Positions 13,135-27,500 of a stretch of DNA of 64,000 nucleotides are shown piece after piece. Below the pieces are notes generated by a model. That model was not told the origin of the DNA, made no database searches, and saw only the letters and a program-made list of their open reading frames with translations. Both the position numbers and the translations under genes were made by a program. Each line of letters begins with the position of its first letter. Positions within the stretch are counted from its first letter, which is position 1. This DNA is from Geosiphon pyriformis uo1 (Eukaryota > Fungi > Glomeromycota), in assembly GCA_016748015.1 (NCBI GenBank), contig JAAOMT010000201.1, positions 62,001-126,000 on the forward strand, given 5' to 3'.

Positions 13135-16100
13135 TCTTGAAAATTCATGGAAAATATATATTATAAATGATCGTCAATGTAGATTTCTAATTTATTTTTC
13201 GAATAGTTTCAAAATATTCATGTTATTCTCATGTCATTAAATATCCACTTTTTAAAACTTTTTCGTCCTCAAATTTTTTTCTCTTTATTTATAAGAGTTC
13301 CCTTTAATGAGAAAATTTTTTTAGTCGTTGGGCGTACTGCATTTGAGGCTACTTCTTGGCAGGTATTATTATCTAATGATCATTGTTCATTTCAGTCCTA
13401 CTGCATCGAAAAACTCCGATCATGAAAGTTTATAAATTATTCAACTGAAAATTCATGAACGGACCACATTTTAAATCTAATTTTGAATTGTTGAGATTAC
13501 TTTTAAAATACCAATTCTCGGAGAAGCTGGACAAAAAATAAATAGATGATTACTATCCCTTGGGTAATATAGAAGAGTTAGGTACCAAGAGTACTATACT
13601 TGGATAAAATTAAAGAGTTAGTACCAAGAGTTTTTAGCAAAAAAAATTTTTTTTTTATTTTTTAAAAAATATTCAAGTCTCATGTGCTTATCAACTGAAA
13701 CCTTTTCCTTAAATCTAAAAAGGTAATTAAAGAAATACTAGCCAAATCATTTCTAAGGCCACCAAACATACCGTGATTGTGTTCACTGTCTCCTTTTAAG
13801 GATTTCCTTTCTTGAAATAGCATTCGAACTGTTAAAAAAAAAAAAAGCATGAAACATTACTATTACCATTTTAAAATTTGATCTTTGGATTTAGTCAAGT
13901 GTAAATAAGTTTAAATGAATAAATATGATTCACAACCGAACCCACGATAAAAATTCTATTTAAAAAGTTGAACCCACCGTTTATCAAAGAATAAGTTCTA
14001 TGAAAAAAAAAAATTTGCTAAGTTAATGTTCTTTGTCCTTTTTAGGGTGAAACCCATTGTTCATTGTATACAAGATAAAATGTTTGTGTTTCACATATAA
14101 ATAAATTTTGGAGCTTAGCAACAATCGTGTAAGATTTTCAGTCTACTTTTTCTTTTTGAACATCGATCAAGTAGATCATTAGCAATTTTTAATATTCCGA
14201 ATGTAATACAGTCCCGAAAATATTATAACATTGGGAATATTAAATAATATTAAATGATATCATTTCTTAGACAAATTATAATATTTTATACAAAAGGGGT
14301 CACACGCAGGCGCAAATGGTATTACCGATATCTATTTTTTTTTTCAATAAAGGTTTTAATAGATTAAATTTTCAATGCTTCACTTAATTCACGAAACATC
14401 GATTTTACCTGAAGGAAATACTAAACCAAAAACTTATTTTGAATAGAGCAAGAAACGAATGAGCTTTACTATATTTTAAATAAATTATCAACCGCTACAA
14501 TTATTCATCTTGTATAAGAAATTTACCACACTCATAGGTTATTTTTACTCAAAAAAGCATTTTTTCTATACCAAAATTGTAGTAATATTTTGTTAATTAA
14601 TAATATAAATACTATTCTTTATTAAGGCTATAGGTTGTACTGAGAAAGAATATGAGGTATTCATGCATTTGTTTTTCGACCCCATTCATTTATTTTATGG
14701 CTCAATCGGCAGGTGACTTTAAGAACTTAATTATGAAACGAAAAAAAAATCTCAGTAAATATCTTATTTGAATCAATAAAATGGTTAGAACAGATAAGAA
14801 AATTTTAGCCTTTACAGGGGAACTTTATTGGCAATTAAAATTGATTCCTGAAACAACGGAGATTTAGGATCAATCGGGATTTTAAAAAAAACCCTATATT
14901 GCTGATTGTGACCTTATTGATTTAAAAGGTTTGAAAGCAAATTTTATTATTGCATAGAAACAAAGAATTCGAACGAAAATTATAAATGTGCATAAAACCC
15001 CGGTTTTTATCGGTTAATTTTAAAGCGAATTAAAGGAAGTAAACCCGGCAGATTTTTTTTCTACACCAAGTTTAGGAAAATTTTTTGCTAAATGTTTATC
15101 TTTTCTCTTTATGTAAATAAGCATGTTGATATTTTGGAGTAGGCTTGCAGTACAATTATACAACCGCAGCAAGATTAGTCCCTAATCGTAAAATGATTTA
15201 TAAAATCAATGTTTCGCTTTACCTTAAATAAACTACAATTGACAAGTAATAAATGAAATGTAGAAAATTAATTAAAAAGACTTACCTCTCTTTGTCACTC
15301 TACAAAAAGTTTTCTTTTTTCAGATTAATCAAGATATTTATTTGTTAAAAATTTCTCATTGCGCTAGGCAAGATATAGCAAAAGGGTTTTCAATTTCTTT
15401 TAGTATGCAACATTTAAAATTGGATACTTTCTGTATCCTGATCCTCTTCTCAATTATCGTAAACTAGAGGAGGAATTTGTTATACTTATCATGTCAACAA
15501 AATTTTCCCAATGTTACACTACTAATCACAAGTTTTTCAAGACCTGCTTGGAAACTGAAACCAAATTTAGCTTAATTTATGATATAGCTATCAAAATCGT
15601 TTCTGACTATGTGAATCCCCTCCAAAATATCATCGCAGTTATTTTTTATAGAATTAATCTACTTTCCTGATCCTGATGCTCAAACAAGGCTTATTTTAAA
15701 ATTCTTATCGTCTATACCTTTCACATTCATTTTCAACGATCTCGAAAATAGGAATTTTTACGACATATACTCCCAAACTAATTTCCCTTTGTCCCAAAAC
15801 AATTTCTAAGAGAAATTTCCAAAATTTCCCGTTGGACGAACTTATTGAGTAATTACGTAATTCTATGCAGTGTGACCAATCTAGTGCCTGTGTTTCGAGT
15901 CCAAGATAATTTCGGTTCAAGAAGTATGTCTGTATATTAATGAAACGTGCACTAAAATCAAAGATCGATCATAAACTTTCTATTCCTATCCATTGTCTCT
16001 TCATTATCAAATCCTGTTTAGTCACTGAATTTTAGCAGGAAAATGAAAGTCACCACCCAAGCCTACATAGAGTTAAGAAAGATTGCCAGGAAAAAATTCC

Positions 16101-19100
16101 ATTTTGATAGTCACCTAGATTAAGGAATAAACAAGTTGTCAATCTTTGAGATGCCTAATTTTTTTTATATTAGGCCTAATCACTTCAGTTTTTTGGTTGA
16201 GGGGCTCTCTTGAGGAAATTAAGGAACATCGGGTAAGCAAAAACATTAAATAACCAATAAAATTTTAGGATTCAATTTTACTTTTTCGGAGATTCGTTGT
16301 TATTTTTTCTATATTCAGCCTTGTTGGCTGTTTTGCTTTTCAGGAGTTGAAAATTACGAAGGATTCTTTGTAAGTAATTTTCATTCTTCAAACCTAATTT
16401 ATTTTAATCTATAAATTAATATATTCATCTTAACTTGTATATACCGCCGAAAATGCAAAACAAATTAAATGTATACTCTGCGCATTATCTACTTATCTTT
16501 TTAATTATATAATTCACATGGTACATTATGTAATGCTTTTACAGATTGCAACCAAAGTCTTCATGTCAAAGAAAGAATATATTCATGATAAATCTTAAGT
16601 AAAAAAAATTATGCTATGATAAAAACCAAAAATTGTATTTCATGCATATTTATTGGTTTACTTAAGTTTTCAAACTTTTTTTAATTGGAAAAAATTCTAT
16701 TTTTTGAAATAAAAAATGTCTGAGAAATTGAATAAAATGGTAGTTCAAAAAAAAATTGTTGAAATTGATTTGGAGTTCTTTGTTTTTTTAAAAAAAATTA
16801 AAAAATTTTTGTAGATGTTCAAAATGTTAGTTCCAAGTTTTTGAATAAACAATTATATCATCCAAATAGATTAAATCAAAGCTTTAATTAATTAACTCAA
16901 ACAAATTATTGGTTAGAATTTCTGTTGATAAATTGATAATAAAGAAAAAAGCTACATTACTAAATTGATCAAGTATTTTGTTATTCTAAAAAAAACACAT
17001 ATTATATTTGTTGATTAGATTTTTTTATAGCTTTATTTGCAGTTTTTTTGTAAAATCATATGACTAAAAATTTTTAGAGATATTCTTTAACAATTCGAAA
17101 CTTAAATTTATTATTATATTAATTGACAATAGTAGTTCTTTTAAAAAATTTGAATTTTTTAAAAAATTTTATATATTTTCTTTAAATAATAATAATAATA
17201 ATAAACACATTGGCCAAAAATAATTTGATAACTTTTTTTTTTCTGTTTCTTATTTAAATTCAAATAATTAATGAATTAGATTTTAACAATATTACAGTAA
17301 GCACTATTTTTTATGTTATGGATCAAAGTAATAAGTTAAAAAAAAGATGTATAATTTTAATCAATTAATATAATTAGTTTCAAAAACACAAGTGTTAATT
17401 TTTATAAGAAAAAATAGAAAATAGAAAATAACTTATAATTGTTAAAAAAATAGCTTATAATTGTTATAATTATTATCTTTTAATTAGTATTGTTACCAAT
17501 TGAAATTTAGGCCAGAAGTTTTTATTAGTGTTGGCCAGAAGTTATCACAATTTATTACTAATTTTTATTAATTCACAAATGTAAAAAATGTTATAATTAG
17601 ATTATGTAAAATCCTGAAATTTGTAAAAATAGCAATTTTAAGCAGTTTAAGCTAAAAATTTTAAATTTAAATAATGTAAATGAAGTTCAATCAGTTCAGA
17701 TTTAAAATAATGAATAATTTACTAAAATTTATATTTATTTTTAAACATAAGTTATGACTCTTAAAATTTTTATAACTAAAGTCTAATAGTAGTTGCTTAA
17801 AACACTTGGATTTAGATATAAATTTGTTATTAACACAATTATTATTTTGATTAATAACTTGATTAATAACTTGGTTATTAACTTAATTATTAATATAATT
17901 ATTAACCTAATAATTAATTTCTTTTTTAAAAGTATATAAATAAGACTTTTCAAAACCATAAAAAAATATTTTTACTCAAATCAGTTAATTACTTACAAGG
18001 TTAATACAATAATTTCAATTGATTATACTCTTAATTACTACTTTTTTTCTTGATTTGTATATTGTTAGCTTTTGTAAATAAACATTCACTAAACAATATA
18101 AACAATACTTGTTATTAAATTCTAAAAAATGCTATGTAAAGCACAAAATTATAGCAGCTGTATTTTTTTTTTATTAACAGTATAGATTATTCTTTTATCT
18201 TAAGATTTTTTGTTCTTTTTAAAAAAAATAACAATTGAAATATTTATATGACTGATTTTGCATATTAAATTTTTACAAATTCAATTCACTTATTTATTTG
18301 AATTTTTCTTTTGATTATTTTCTTATTATATAGATCTATTCTCTTTTGCTATTTGTTAAAGTATCATTCGAATTTATAAAAACATATTTAAATATATATT
18401 ATAATAGTAGAATTAGGCAATATATAATTATTAAATTTAAAATTATTTTTAACAGAATAAATATTATTAGAAAAATAGGAACTTTTAATAATAACACTTT
18501 TAAAATTCAAAAACAAATATTAATTAATTACAAAAACAAGTTTTTTTTATTTTTAAGCTAATTTTAACAAATACAATTTCAAAAATATATATTAATTTGA
18601 AAATAAAAAAGCAATCAGTATAATTAATCAAGTTGCAATTTTAATATTTTTGTACAGCTTTTGAAGGTTTTGCTTATATAGTTAAAAAAAATGTAAATAG
18701 CCAAGTTAACAATTTGGTCAATAATCAAATCATCAATTAATTCTAAAAATAAGGTAGCTAAGTATGTAAAATTAGTGGTTAATACATTATTGATATAATT
18801 AAAGCTATTTAAAATATAAAATTAAATTCAGTTTCAGTTGAATATTCAATTGTAATAATATATTAAAACGGATTATAGAAAAATATAGTCAGGTTTTCTT
18901 AGTGAATTTCACTCTAATTTCCAAAATCTAAGAAACGAAAAAGTTTTTACAAAACATTATTTGTCAAACTTTTCTATTAAAATCATTTTTTACAAATTTT
19001 TAAAATGAAAATTGATTAAAATAATTTATATTGTTTTATAAATATTCCAAAATGCAAATTTTAAAAATTAAGTATTTTAATTTAAAATATATAAGATTTT

Positions 19101-19106
19101 ATAATA

Positions 19107-20280
19107 TACGGGGGTATAAAAAGTATTGGGCACCTAATATAATATACAAAAAAGGCTATATATTATAATACCATTACCAATTTAAGCCATAATTTTTTTT
19201 ATAATTACTTATAGTTATAATCTACAAATCAACATAAATCGCGTCCTTGTAAAACACAACAGTGGATTATACGCGTATATATAAAATATCAAACATTCTT
19301 GTCGTGAAAAAATTTACCGCATCAAATGTGTCTTGGAAAAGAACTTTCTGAATACCAAAAAGGAGGGATTATTTCAGCAAAAAAGTTAGGACATACAAAC
19401 AGTGAGATTTCCACGACTATTGAATGTTCACGTTATTCTGTAATACATGTATGAAGTCATACGAGCTAAAAAAACTTCCTAAAAAATGAACAGACTGACC
19501 ACAAATTCTTGACAAATGTGCACGTGAACAACTCAAATATTAAATAATAGGGAATAAAAAAACCTACCGCCAAACTCTTTCTCAAATACGATTGAATTTT
19601 ATTAAAGATACCAACAAATCTATTTCTATACAAACTATTTGAAATGGATTGGCTTAAGAAGGACTTCACTCGTGCGTTCCTCGTCTCAAGCCATTAATTT
19701 CCAAATCAAATAAAGAAAAATATTAACAATGGGCTCGTACTTATGAAATTTGGATAGTGGAAGATTTTAAACGAGTTGTTTGGTCAGATGAATCTACATA
19801 TACACAATTTAGAACTACAGGATTTGGACGTGTATGGCGTAAACCTTCCGAAGAGTTTCATAAGGATTATATTGCAGCCACAGTTAGAAAAAGCTTTGGT
19901 CGCATGTTTTGGGGATGTTTTTCATGGGTTGGTTTGGGTCCTTTAGTTCCTTTGGTTGGTCATATTACTGGAGTTATACACTGCAAAACCTTGGCTAATT
20001 TTGCAATTCCTACGGTAAAACTTCATGCAAAAAAAACTAAAAAAAAGTTTTTTTTTCAGGAAGACAATGCACCAATCCACACATCAAAAGTCGCGTGTTC
20101 TTTTCTTACCTCTTCAAATGTTGAATTACTTCCTTGGCCAGCACAAAGTCCTGATATTACTCCAATAGAAAATCTTTGGTCATATATTGAAGTTAAAATT
20201 CGTCAACATAATTCACAACCCTCAAATATTGTACAATTGGAATAGTGGGTTAAGGAAAAATGGGATGCGATACCTTTAAA
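19107..20280 (+). mobile_element. Tc1-family DD34E transposon, 3'-truncated, transposase pseudogene
   Basis: Tc1-like left end TA-CGGGGGTATAAAAAGTATTGGGCAC. ATG at 19326 starts MCLGKELSEYQKGGIISAKKLGHTNSEIS (HTH), followed by stops and frameshifts. Catalytic triad WSDES / FQEDNAPIH / WPAQSPDITPIE with exactly 34 residues between the second D and E. No right TIR seen. Confidence 0.9.
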
Positions 20281-23200
20281 AGACTAATTTTTTATCAAGG
20301 TTTCATAAAAAACCTTGAACTTAACTTAAGCTACTTCAACTCTCCGGGATATATTAAAGATAAAAATAATTGGAAAAATATTTTTAGAAATCAACGAGCC
20401 AAATACGAAAATTTAATTTGAAGAAATTCTATTGTATAAATAGACATGTTTCTTTTCAATAACAATTTAGCCATTTTTCTGGGTAATATTTTTAAATAAA
20501 AGGGCAAAAATATTCAAGTATTTTACGTTTGGCATTAAATTATGATTTCAAAAAAAATACTTTTAAAACACATGTTAGATTCTTACTTTCTAAATTTAAA
20601 ATTATTAAACAGCAAGTCAGATTTCAAAAAGTTTCCCAATTAAAAACATCTTTTCAATTATGTTATTTATTCTCTCAAAGTTTTATAACTTTCCAATTTG
20701 ATGAAATATATTGTTATCATTTTTAAAATTGGTTTTCAATTCCAATCAATATTTCAGTCCTCAAATTATGAGAATTAAATAATGCTTCACATCTCTTAAT
20801 AATATATGTGATAGACCAGATCTACAATTTATAGCTTATTTTGAATCAACAAGCAGTAATAAGTGTGGAACGTCAAAATTTTGATTCGTTTACCAATTTT
20901 GGATTTATCATTTTAATAGAGCGGATTAAAAAGTCAAATGAATTTATGATGGGATAATTCTTTTTTCTAAACTTCATTCTTGCATTGTCAATGATAATAT
21001 TTAACGAATTCTGCATAAGGTGAAACACAAATCGACAACCGGAGATTTGAGCTTTTATTAAAGAATTTGACCAGCTTTTAGGTTAATCTTCACTCTTTCA
21101 ATGTAAATGGTGATTGAAGAAATTTTATGGTTTTACAAAGGTGATTGAAAGGAGACATTAATCTAAAAATATCCTTACCAACTTTGCATTCAAAACCACT
21201 CAACCATTTTAAATTCTGTTTTATTTTTCTGGCCTTGTGCGCCTTATGTAGGTGCATGGATAGTAAAGCTTCGCGTGGCATCGGGCAGGTCCAATTTTCC
21301 GGCGGAAGATTTTCGGAATCTCATTTAGGAAAACAACACGCAATATTTTTTTTTAGAGTGTTCCTCAAGCAAATTTTGTAAGACTAAACTCTTCCCGTCA
21401 TTTTTTTCTGAACAAAATTTAAAAACTTAATGAATTTGGTCTGCTGAGTCATCTCAGGATGACTTTATTTGTCCCTTAACACTGATCTTTCTTTACAATT
21501 TCTTTCTTTTCTTAATTTGATGCGTATTTGTCTTTGATTTCAGAAAGTCGTATATGATACAAAGAGGTTTTCATTTGTGATCAAATCGCTTATTTACTTT
21601 TGAACTCGTTCTTTCTGATTTTCTTTCAAATCTTTGAAGTTTTAGGATCATAATGATATGTGTTTATAAAAAAAAGTTTACCTCGCGCTTTTAATTCTAG
21701 GTTAGGTCAATAGATAGGAAAAAAAATTTATGTAACGAATGGTTTAGTACCACCATTGTAGATGTTTGTTTGTAACAACCAATGCTATCTAACCAATTTG
21801 CAGCTAAAGGTTATTGACAATGCAAGAGTGCATTAAGGATGATGAAATTGTAAATTTTAAAGCTAAAAATTAAAAAAATCTATGCGTTTGAAATATTGAA
21901 ATTTGAGGCTTGATAAAATATTTTTTAGAAATTAGTCATTGTGATCATGATTTGATTTTACGTGAAAGCGGAAAAAATCTTTAGGGGATGCATTTTACTA
22001 TTAAAAAGGATGAAAAAAAAATGGATAAAGTAGTATATTGGATTATGAAAAGCCTAGACTAGAAGTAGTTGCTATTTTCCCGGAAATTTAGTATCGAAAA
22101 CATGACACTTGATGAGAGGTTGGCACACTAATTGGAATTATTTTTTCTTTATTTTGCTGTGTATCCTTGATGAAGGGGTATTTTGTATTTCTTAATTCTA
22201 TGTCTGTTTTTAGATATTATTCCTCCTGAGAAAAATTCTACAATCATCAGATAATGAAAGTTTTGATTGTTTAATCATTTCGTCAGTTGTGGCATTTTTG
22301 GCCCCATCTATCTTTCCAAGCCGCGTGAAACTGTTTTCTGACCGCCAAACTTTCGGATCGTTCTAAAAACATCAAGAAAGAAGTTGTTGGGTGGCTTTTT
22401 GGCAAAAGATATAATGCATTGTGTGACATACGACATGAGATTTTAAGTCAGGGACGCCTCAAATAAACCATTCTATTTCCTTTGATGGTATATGCACATA
22501 TCTGAATAATGACGCAGGCAAGCGTTGCCTCTCTTTTTCACATTGTTTGTTTTATCAGGTTAAAAAGGACTATTTCTGCTGCGGTGTCACTGTGCAATGC
22601 ATCTTTGATTGTGGCCCGAAACAAAAATTTGTAACGTAAATTCCATGAATATACAATGATGTGGCGAAATTTTTTTCAAAAGTGATCAGCAGGACGAAAC
22701 TTACTGCTGTATCATAATGAATTATTGAATTTTTGCTCCCGAAACATTATTTCTTGATATTTTCTAATTAATAGAAACAAAAATAATGAATTTATGAGTC
22801 CTAGCATATAGGGTTTTATTGACAGTCAAATTTTCATGAGCTATGTTAACAAATATGTTGACCAAATTGATAATTTTTCAGAAAATTTGGAAAATGGAAT
22901 TCTACATTTTATCAAAAGCAATTACAATGTTTATTTTTGAAGAATAGAGAATAAAAGAACCAAAATTTATTTTAGAAAGAATTCGATTCTTTGTTCCTCA
23001 TGCAAATAATTAATTCAGCGTTGACAAAGGAAAATTTATGTCATACCATAGCTTAATGTAGCACTTGTAGTTTCCAAAAAATGTAAATTCACGGCCGTCT
23101 TGTTGTTTTACCTCTATGACTCCATTTCTTGATTGAGGTTCGATCATTTAATTCTTAAAGTTTTAAAGTTTTTAACTGCAATTTTAAATTTTACTGCATA

Positions 23201-23531
23201 AATGTGCTTATTTTGAGATAGGTAATAATTATTTTTCTAGAACCTGAGACCTCATTATGTCCGACATCCCTTCTTCTACCCATGGTTCGATTATTGATTA
23301 TACAACCTGGAAAAATTCCTCCGTTTATAATCTTGGCTATTTCTCAAATTTTTATTATGAATACAATCCTATGTCAAAGATTTTATTAAACCGGATTGAA
23401 TGCAATGAGTTCACGGGCATAAATCCTGAGACCATTATTGTTTCGTTTCGGATTATCAAACACATGCTTATTTGCTTTCATCATATTCTATTACGTATAC
23501 ACTATGTTACATTGCCAAGACGAAATATTTC

Positions 23532-23538
23532 TATAAAA
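23532..23538 (+). promoter_or_regulatory. Putative TATA box of HMG paralog 3
   Basis: TATAAAA about 120 nt upstream of the ATG at 23658; weak evidence in AT-rich DNA. Confidence 0.35.
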
Positions 23539-23657
23539 AAGCCACTTTGAAATTGGAATGAAATCGCTCTACAGCCCTGAATGATTTTTTTGAAATAAAT
23601 TTCGCCCAATAATATTTTTATTCGGACTGATTTAAAAAATTTTATACTTTATCGACC

Positions 23658-24593
23658 ATGAAAACAAATCCAACTCGCCAGAAACTCAGTCCGTTCATTC
23701 AAATAGTGCCTCGATTTCCACCAGATATTACCGCGTTAAATCTAATTGAAAAAGCCTTGATTAAATTAGATCACACCGGTCAAACATCTCGAATTCCAAA
23801 CGCCTTTATAGCCTATCGTATGGCCTTTTGTAAACAACTTCAATCAATTCAACATCCTATAATCACACAGCCTCAACTTTCTGCTATGGCAAAGCAAAGT
23901 TGGCAAGCAGCACCTGAACATGTCCGTAATGAATATCAACGAATTGCTTCCGAAGCTAGAGACATTTTTAAGCAAATTTACCAATCAAGAATACAATATA
24001 ATCTTGAAAGAGAAAGAGAAAATGAGAACGTATGGAATGAACCTCATTTCAATATTGAAAATTATCCCACCGAATCTTCCCCAATTATTTCCCAACAACA
24101 AATGAGTTTTCAAGATTCATATGAAACTCAAGTTTCCAATGAAACTTCATATACAAATTTTGGTTGTGAACAGTCAGAATATCATCTGCCAATTCATCAG
24201 TCTCAAGTAGAGATATTCAACAAGCCTTCAACAGACCCTCAAATTGGTCAACAAGACTCCCCATATATCGAACCATTTTATCCTTCTCCTATATCAGAAA
24301 CTCGAAGCCCGATTAGGGATAGTTTGAATGGAAATGATCAGTTGAATATGAATTCAGAAAGTTTTTTCTTACCTTCTCCAAGGGATTTTCATGAGCAATC
24401 AAGCAGAATAAACGAATTATTTTCAGCAAATCAAACCATTCCCGTTTCTCCTATGAACAGTACTCAAATTTCGCATGATCACGAAAATTCTAATTCATGC
24501 CATTTAAAGATTTCTTTTCTGCAAAACAGAGTTTCAGAACTTGAAAAGAAGATCGAACACTTATCTCTGTTGGTTTCCAATAAAACTTTTTGA
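23658..24593 (+). CDS. MATA_HMG-box transcription factor (paralog 3) with C-terminal leucine zipper
   Basis: 311-aa intronless ORF. HMG box TSRIPNAFIAYRMAF...ITQPQLSAMAKQSWQAAPEHVRNEYQRIASEAR; C-terminal SCHLKISFLQNRVSELEKKIEHLSLLV. Confidence 0.92.
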   Translation: MKTNPTRQKLSPFIQIVPRFPPDITALNLIEKALIKLDHTGQTSRIPNAFIAYRMAFCKQLQSIQHPIITQPQLSAMAKQSWQAAPEHVRNEYQRIASEARDIFKQIYQSRIQYNLERERENENVWNEPHFNIENYPTESSPIISQQQMSFQDSYETQVSNETSYTNFGCEQSEYHLPIHQSQVEIFNKPSTDPQIGQQDSPYIEPFYPSPISETRSPIRDSLNGNDQLNMNSESFFLPSPRDFHEQSSRINELFSANQTIPVSPMNSTQISHDHENSNSCHLKISFLQNRVSELEKKIEHLSLLVSNKTF

Positions 24594-27500
24594 GATTTAG
24601 TTTTATTTAATCGACTCAAAATAATAATTAATATTACGAATTATGAATTACTGTCACAAAAATGATATCTATATCCATACTCATACCCATTTGCCTTTAT
24701 TTTTATTGACAATCAAATCTAAGAGTTATCCTTATGAATTATCAGAATATAGTGAGGTCATCTGTATATGCTTCTATGGTTCCGAATTCTATTACAAACG
24801 TTTATGGTTAAATCCCCTGAAAATTGAAATTCTACGAGAATTAGGGCACTATAGTATTTAATCTTTTAAATTGACTTGTAAATATTTTGGCATTTTTAAA
24901 AATAACTGAAGAGATAAATATGTTAATTTGGCAATTAAAATGTTTTTACCCAACCTATAATAAAAATACAGGTATATCTAATTAATTTTATCAATTATAT
25001 CTTAAAATATCTATTGGCCGTCTCTAAGCATTTATTCAATCTACTATTTATCAAAAAAAAAAACCCCTTAATTTTCACCAGAAAAATTTGAGCCCTCCAC
25101 TATATACAAGAAAATCGAGTTATAATACCTATAATCCAATGAGTTTCTCTTTTTTTTTGAAAACTTTTTTACTGGTAATATTTTGACTCATTATTCACAG
25201 CCAAAATTATTGAGATAGCTATCGATAATTTTTAATATTGACCACTTTTCTGAATTTACTCTTTGGTGGGGAAAATTGAAGGCAGCAAAACTTCAGATTG
25301 AGAATACACAATAGAAAAAAGTGGGTAATTGATCTATTGTAGTTCGTATTTACAAAAAATGAACTAAAGTATCAAAATAATATTATGAGAATAATGTTGT
25401 ATTATTCTTAACAATCATTAAAAAATTAGAGTATTATCAGATTTATTTTTCAGGCTAAAACAATCGTATATACAATTAAAAAGTGAGTAAGATTAATAGA
25501 GACTTTCAAATATTTTATTCGAGAAATCATCTCCATTCTAATAAAGGGGCACTGGCTAGAATAGGTTGAAAAGCATGCTGATTAATATGGAAGTTCGCAA
25601 ATATTTAGGCGGTCTACTCATTTTACCGCCAACTTATTAGGGAAATCCTTGTTCCGATTTGCTGTTTCTTGCCAGACCTTGTGTGCGCGTGCACTTTGGA
25701 TGAAGATTTTTATGGAACACAAACGGTACCAGGCATATTTAGACGTCCCACATATTGATTCAATTTACCTATCTCGTCATCTGAATAGCCCATAGTTTCT
25801 AATCAAAGAAGACTTTGTGCGATTCTTCTTTCACCTTTTTAGAAAATTGCTTGAGGTAATTATATTGAAATTCATTATTAAAAAATTGAAGCAATTTTAT
25901 TTTTTTGATCAATAAAATGTAATGTAATGAAGTTTTTGAATTTATATTTATAATAGAAATTCTTGAAAAACTTGATTACAAAATTAATTCCTCGAAATCT
26001 AGTTAGACTTCTTGTTGTAACTAAATAAAGTTTAATTTCAAATTAGTTTTATATTAAAATATTAAAAATTATATTTTGAGTTTTCTAACTATGCTGTCCT
26101 AACTTCCAGTTCAATTAATATAGTAATTATCTTCAAAAAAATTACTTACGATAATTCATGTTCGAAATTTAGAATTGGAACATATTCTTGTCTTCCCAAA
26201 ACTTTACATTTGGTGTAATCATCTTTTGCCGCTATACTGGTTTCTTAAATAATAAACCGTTTTAAGATTTTTAAAAAAAACAAAAAATGGTACTTCTTAT
26301 AATTCAACAAAAACAAATCTTAAAATAGCATAATTATTTTAAGACTGTAAAGCTACTATCTTTGAGAAAATGAAAATTATTGCAAGTGAATTTTATCTTA
26401 AAACCTTTATTTGAAAGAACTTAAATAAAATCTGCAGAATGAATGTTGCATGAGAATTGTGAACTTTTATTGATCAATTTGTACAATTGGTGAAAAATAG
26501 TTTTTTTTAATCGATCATTAGAATGATGATTGACTAGTGCAACTCTTTTTTTCAAATCCAGATAACCAGTAAAAATGAAAAATGATATTTCAAATGTGGA
26601 TTTGAAGTTAAAACTCTACTGATGGGATTAATTGTATAAATTGTAAAATAAAAAATAAGATTGATTAGTTTTTTTTAAAACCATATATTTATAATACTAA
26701 TTAATTTATTTGCTTTTATATTTTTTATAATATCACAATTATCTTTAATATTAAATTAATTTATATTCAAACTTTTTTTTTCTTGTAAAAATAATATATA
26801 TATATATATATTTGAATTAACAAATATAGCCCAATTATTATCTATTATAATATGGCAAAATTATCTTAAAAATAAGCGTGGCTTATGCTTTTTCTATTCA
26901 TGACCAGCCACTCATATATTTTTTAATTAGTGTAAAATTAAATTTACTTGTTTTTAATTTCAATATACAATTACTTGAAACTAATTAACTTTTTATCAAA
27001 ATATTACTTTTTTTTATAAATATATATGGGATATAAGCACAATAGTTTTTAATTTAATTAATGTAAATGATATAATATTATGCATTTTTCATTAATTTTT
27101 TGGTCAAATATTTAAAATATACAATAGCTTTTTCAGCTATTATTTTTAATTTAATCCTTAATTAAACAATTTATGCATATTTTAATTATTTTAATATTGT
27201 ATAATTTAATATTTTGAATATTTATTTTATATTTTATTAACTTTTATGTATTAAAATACACTAAGTATTTTTTAGACCGATTTAAAATTAGCCTAATTTA
27301 CTACATTATTTTTTTTATTAATTAACAATAATAATATCTAGTTTTTAAATCAAAATTTTTATTTTAAATATTCAATATTACAACTTTATTATTAAATTTA
27401 TACAAATTTTTATTAATATTGTTTTTAGTTTAATTTTAATATTCTTAAAATTAAAAAATTTATAACAATATAATTTTTTTAAAGTTTTAAAATTATACAA

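Noticed and set aside
22987-22996. TTCTTTGTTC, an exact Ste11-type TR box upstream of HMG paralog 3 (similar sites near 6818, 14958 and 39907)
   Set aside because: A T-rich 10-mer is expected by chance at about this frequency in such AT-rich DNA, and one copy is far from any HMG gene.
23257-23550. 97-aa ORF upstream of HMG paralog 3
   Set aside because: No recognisable motif, and it overlaps the probable promoter and TATA box.
2022-24593. HMG cluster as a bona fide Mucorales-type sex (MAT) locus
   Set aside because: No flanking triose-phosphate transporter or RNA helicase genes, no homeodomain pair, and MATA_HMG genes are multicopy in this lineage.
25560-25830. GC-richer island with a small GGCGGT/ACCGCC hairpin and faint F-box-like translation
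   Set aside because: All frames are interrupted and the similarity is too weak to support a gene or ncRNA call.
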